The position numbers were made by a program, and so were the translations under genes. A DNA stretch of 64,000 nucleotides, from contig NC_081380.1 of NCBI RefSeq assembly GCF_030684315.1, positions 38,682,340-38,746,339 on the forward strand, given 5' to 3'. Position 1 is the first letter of the stretch; every line of letters starts with the position of its first letter. This DNA comes from Stegostoma tigrinum. Its lineage: Eukaryota. The notes beneath the pieces are model-generated. The model was not told the origin of the DNA and searched no databases. It was given only the letters and a program-made list of their open reading frames with translations. Below are positions 58,881 through 64,000 of the stretch, one piece after another.

Positions 58881-59854
58881 TCTATGATTCTGTGACTTAA
58901 TCACGAGGAAATCAAAAGTGAGGAGATGCACATGAACCCTGCTTGTGTAGGAGATAACTCCAATGTTTTATTTTAAAGGCTCTCAAAATAAGCAGGTGAA
59001 TGAGCCTCTGCAGAAGCACTGAACAGAGTTCTCAAAATCTACAATATATTTGATCCCAATGAAAATACATCATGACCTGACCCCTTAAGCCTGTTGACTG
59101 TTGGATATTATAGTTAGTGGAGTGAGGTGTGCACTTCTCAAATCGTCATTGCTCTGGGTTACAGTAGAAACCCAGAGGTAAACAAAAGAAAGGAACGTGC
59201 AATCTTATTGACAGAGAAGGGGAATTATTCCTCTGCTCTTTTCGAGTGGCCAAACCCGCTGTTTATTCAGCACTAGTAAATCCAGCTGTTGGCCTGTTAA
59301 AGATAACACGCAGTCACTGTCAGACACTCCAAGCTTAAAGAGGTATTGTACCTTTAAGACTCATTGATCCGTTTTGTTTAATTGCAAGACTCAGCTACCC
59401 TGCAAAGGGAAACCCTTTCCTGTGTGATGGGGCCCTCACTACAAACCTTCAGGTTAACCTCATTGGAAGTAGAACCCTTCCAACTAATCAGCTGATTGCA
59501 GCATTTTTTTTAAAGAATATGTTTTTGGAGCAGTCTGCATATTGGGGTCAAGGCCACACTATTGACTGAACTCCATTGTTCCTCGCTCGACGATCGATGG
59601 ACTCCTCACAGTGTCAACACCAAAATGCACCAAATAAGCGGACCACCATCAGCTAGGGAAGTCTCCACCCCACCCCACCCCCACCCCCACCAACAGGGAG
59701 GGTCAATAGTGGAGCTTGTTGTGTTGTGGATCTGGAACTCAGCCAGAAGCCCTCACGGTTGATTCCTATCGCAAGAAGGGTGTAAAAACAGTATGGGGAC
59801 AAAGTTGAGAAGGAGACACCTTTCTGGGGCTTGAACGTGTGCTGTTGAGTTACT

Positions 59855-60190
59855 CAAACAGGGCTGGACAAGATAAATGCAGAGAATTGCATAAATGCTC
59901 CCAATGAGTCCAGAACCAGAGGTCACAGTCTAATGAGACAGAGCAGGCCCTTTAGGACTGAGATGAGGAGAAGTGTCTTCACCCAGAGAGCGATGAGGCT
60001 GTGGAATTCACTGCCACAGAGAGCAGTTGAGGACAAAACCTGCTGGTTTTCAAGAAGGAGTTAGGTACAGTTCTTAGGGCCGAAGGGGAGGAAGTTGGAA
60101 TGTCATTCTGATGTGGACAATCAGGCCTGATCACATTAAAAGACAGAGCAGGTGCAAACAGCTGGATGACCTTCTGCTCCTGGTGTCAAT
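59855..60190 (+). mobile_element. CR1-type LINE 3' fragment
   Basis: gagtccagaaccagaggtcacagtc...aggactgagatgaggagaa..tcttcacccagagag..ctgtggaattcactgccacag. Confidence 0.75.
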
Positions 60191-62134
60191 GTTTCCGCCT
60201 CCAGGAGGCAGCACTGCTCCTCCTCCGCGCTGTTCACTCTAGCAAAGCCTGCGACACAGTGAGGCACTTTCAATCCTGTCACTCTGACATGGATAGGGAT
60301 GGCCGAGTGCGAAAGACGTTGCCCTCTCCCACGCGGCACAAAATAAGACCCCTGGGGTAAGCTAGCTTGACCTTAGCTGAGATACCTGACTCACTGAACT
60401 GGGGAGGGTGTAGTCCAACTTGGTGGCTGTTTGGTGACACCGTTACCCCCACTCTATCCCCCCTGGGTAGTCCATGTGTTGAATTACTGGTTGTGGACAG
60501 GATTGGAAGTTGACTGTGATGCAGTGTGTACAGTTGAATAGCACATTGTTGAGGTTCATGCAGAAAGTCATTTGATGGAACCACGCTGTCGGCAGGTCCC
60601 AGGATCTAGGGAGAAAGGAACCATGTTGTTTCCCAACTTGTAAGTTCTGAAGTTAGTCAATAAGAGGTTAGGGTAGGTCTGCCTTTGTTAAGCTCATTGG
60701 AGATCTTGGGGCCTGCAGCTCTGGGGTGTGGGAGAGGTTGAGGGGTTCCTTTGTCCCGCGTGGAAAGACCCTGAGATGAGAAACTTCATTTGCCTGGAGA
60801 AATTGAAGAAGCCGCGGTTTTCCACCTTACACAGCAAGGAAGGTGAGGAGCAGACAAAGTAAAGGTATTCAACTTTACGTAGGGTTTCAATGAAGTGAAT
60901 GAAGAGAAACTGAAGAAGGCTCATGAATCCAGGAACACAGTTGACTCGCAAAGGAATGAGAGGTGAAATGGGGAAGTGTTTCTTTATTTTTAATTCTGTG
61001 AAGAATTGTCTAAAGCTAGAAATCAAAAGCGCTTTTGATGGGATGAAGTTTGTTCACTGTACAGGATATCCCCCTCTTTTGTTTGGGAGAAAGCTTCATC
61101 AGTTGCCTCTTGCCTGGTGAATTCCCACGATCCAATCTGTGTTCTCTGTTCTCACTCCGTTCTACTCTCTTCCCTTTCCAAAACCACGCCTCTCTCAGAC
61201 TTGTGGTTCCCGTTCCCTGTTCTCCTGATATCTTGTTGTCTCTCAGATACTCAGATACATAAGATGGTGGAGATGTGGGAGAGTCCAGAACAAGGGGCAC
61301 AACCTACAAACTGAAGGGCTATTCAGGAGGAAGCTGAGGACACACCTCCTGACACGAAGGCTAGTGGAAATCTGGAACTCCTCCTCTCTTCCTCATCCTC
61401 CTCCCCCACCCAGTCAACAAAGACTAAGACTGTATTGATCAAATGAGAAAATCCACACGGTAGTTTCTAGAATATTGTTCTGCAAGTATGTGCTGAGTGC
61501 GTTGACCTCAATGCAAGTAGAAGGGTTCAAGATCCAGATCGAGCTGGACCTAATGGAATTGTAAAACAGGATTGAGGAGCTGAATGGCCTTTTCCCTTAT
61601 TAGCATCCTGACACAGAGTTAACATCAGGAAAAGGATCTCTGTAGGAGCCGCACTAAAATCAAAGGTTTTTGTTTGCAGAGCAATTTGGAAAACATTTGG
61701 AAATCATAACGAGCTGAAATATTTGATGATCTCACATTGTCCTGCACAGCACTCATTGAAGCGAGTGAGATTACAGGTACAAAGTACCTGCCAGCTCTAT
61801 GATTGTGTTCTTGGGGCATGCGGCAGCAGCGTGGGACTTGGTATGAAACAAGCTAATCAATACTAGCAAGCAGCCACTGCACTGAGAAATGGCCAACTCA
61901 CACTTTAACAGGGCTGCCCATATCCATCACCTTTGTTTCACAGACACTTTGGCAGTGCTGCACCTCAGGCTATCTCTGATCCAGAGATTTATCATGACGC
62001 ACGTACTCTGCCTCGGTTCAAGGACTAACTCAGACCTCTATCAAATCAGCCTGCACCTTTCTATCCAGTTTTCAAGATTGTGATCTCACTTTATCACAGA
62101 CAGTTACAATTTCCTCAAAATGGGATTTTTTTTT

Positions 62135-62490
62135 CATTTATTCATTATGGGATGATAGCATCCCTGGCTAGGTGGCATTTATTACCCATCCTTAATTGCC
62201 CAGGGAGCGTTTCAAAAACCACATTGCTGTGGGTTTGGAGTCACATGTAGGCCAAATCAGGAGATGATGGCAGTTTCCTTCCCTAAAGGTTATTAGTGAG
62301 CCAGATGCGTTTTCCCAACAATTGACAATGGATTCATGGTCATCATTAGACTCTTAATTCCAGATATTTTTATTGAATTAAAATTCCACCACCTGCTATG
62401 ATGGGATTCAAACCTGAGTCTCCAGAACATTACCTGGGTCTCTGAATGAACAGTCCAGAGACAATACCACTCGGCTATAGCCGTCCCTAT
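62135..62490 (-). mobile_element. SINE family B, near full length
   Basis: ttcatttattcat..gcatttattacccatcc...ggattcaaacc...caataccactcggc. Confidence 0.8.
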
Positions 62491-62784
62491 TGGCAGCAAG
62501 GCTCTGCATGCACAGCTTGACTGAATAACCAGCACAGTGACTCATGAACATGAGAAATAAGGTCTGGAGTAGGCCTATCAGCTTCTCCAACCTGTCAGTG
62601 AGTGATCTGCTGCATTTCTCAGGGAAGTGTTCCCACAGATAATCCTTGCACACAGCGACCTGAATGGTGTGTGTGTAGGGTAGTGCTGAGGGCAGGGGGT
62701 TATCTAGGTCATCGATGTGAGGGAGTTCTTTAACGTCCTAATGGGGTAACACTTTAGGGTGGGATTTATCTCGCATTTGAAGTT

Positions 62785-63092
62785 AAGGGTCTTTTCCCGA
62801 AAGTGGAAGAGTTCAAAACTAGGGGGACTATTTTTAAGGTGAGAGGGGAAAGATTTTAAAAGGACACGAGGGCATCGTTTTTACACAGAGAGTGGTTTGT
62901 GTGTGGAATGAACTGCCAGAAGGAAGTGGTGGACACAGGTACAGCTACAACATCTAAAAGAAATTTGGATAAGTACATGAATAGGAAAGGTTTGGAGGGA
63001 TATGGAACAAATGCAGGCAGGTGGAACTAGTTTAGTTTGGGAACATGGTCAGCATGGAATAGTTGGACTGAAGGTGCTGTATGACTCTATAA
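62785..63092 (+). mobile_element. CR1/HER1-type LINE 3' end
   Basis: aagggtcttttccc...tttaaggtgagaggggaaagattt...ttttacacagagagtggt..gtggaatgaactgccag...gtgctgtatgactctat. Confidence 0.82.
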
Positions 63093-63099
63093 CCTGATG

Positions 63100-63585
63100 T
63101 ACCCATCAATAAGATCATAGCAGATCAAATTATAACCTTAACTCCACTTTCCAGCCTTCATCTACATAATCTTTAATCAATCCAAACTCTGTATAAATCA
63201 GCCTCAAAGACGTGCAATGTCTTCCGCTGCTCCCTGTGGACGAGAATTCTGCAGACCCACTGGAAAAAAGACATTTGTTTTCATTTCAGTCTTAAATGGA
63301 AGAGCCTATATTTTTAAAGCCCTGTGCCCTAGTGTAGACTCCTTGAGGGGTAACACCCTCTTAACACCTGCTCTGTCAAGCCTCTTACATGTTTCAATAA
63401 GATCACCTACTGTTTTTCTAAATTTCAGTGATTCTCAGCTCAAACTGCCCTACTTCTCATAAAACAACTCCTTCATCCCCGGAAACAGCGAAATGGATCT
63501 TTCCTGAAGGACTTCCAATACAGTTCTATCCTTTCTTAAGTAAGGAAGTCAAAACTGCTAACAACACTCCAGGTGCAATCTCATT
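63100..63585 (-). mobile_element. Degenerate CR1-type fragment
   Basis: aataagatcatagcagatc...ctgctccctgtgga..agaattc...gtttcaataagatcacct...caggtg. Confidence 0.6.
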
Positions 63586-64000
63586 CACAGTCACACTAAG
63601 AATCACAGAATTGTCATGGCTCAGAGGGAGGCCATTCGTCCCAACATGACTATTCCAGCTTGGGAAAAAAGCATTATAGCCTAGTGCCAGCCTCCTGCTT
63701 TCTTCCCCCGGCCTTGCACGCTATTTCTATCCAAATAATCATGCAGTGCTATGCAAGTTGCAACAACATTTCCCTATTTTTATTCTTGGTCTCTTTCAGA
63801 ATCCCTTTTGCCTCCCAAATTGCTTGCGAAACAGAATTTTAATGGTTGCATAACAAGTTGGTGAGTGTCAGAAGTAGACTTCTCCTCCAATCCTTTGGGG
63901 AGCAAGCACCTGAATGTTACAGTTATTGGTGTCTCTTGTCCTAAGCTCCATCTCTTTCCTTAAGCTGGTTCTTTCCATGGCCTGATCAATTCCCTGAGCC

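Larger units (their letters stand above)
43393..64000 (+). other. Large intron (partial) downstream of the Musashi exon
   Basis: Begins gtaagt; the next exon (GFGFVTFE...HFHEINNKM) was not found by eye in the window. Confidence 0.72.

Noticed and set aside
161-63842. The many short ORFs in the six-frame track as genes
   Set aside because: All are under 180 aa and most overlap repeats or low-complexity DNA; the only recognisable peptides are decayed LINE ORF2 pieces. The real exon is not in the track.

Overview
Vertebrate genomic DNA, almost certainly shark/elasmobranch given HE1-type V-SINEs, SacSINE1-like DeuSINEs and CR1/HER1-type LINE tails. The only host coding sequence I can support is a 49-nt exon at 43344-43392 (+) encoding VEDAMLMFDKTTNRHR(G), part of RRM2 of Musashi, most likely MSI2. 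The rest reads as the two giant introns flanking it, filled with SINEs, decayed CR1/L2/Rex1-type LINE fragments, simple repeats and repeat-free AT-rich islands that may be conserved non-coding elements. Three things stand out. (1) Many short Penelope-like elements carry minimal type-I hammerhead-ribozyme motifs; several are near-perfect palindromes, and five insertions have exact 13-16 bp target-site duplications. (2) An inverted duplication of mostly unique sequence lies ~10 kb apart (12709-13147 vs 22582-22949), with a 65/65 identical, CpG-retaining core amid diverged flanks. (3) A 104-bp direct duplication and inverted Penelope-like arms bracket the Musashi exon. Repeat boundaries are read by eye and approximate unless exact sequences are quoted; family names come from recalled consensus sequences, not a database search.
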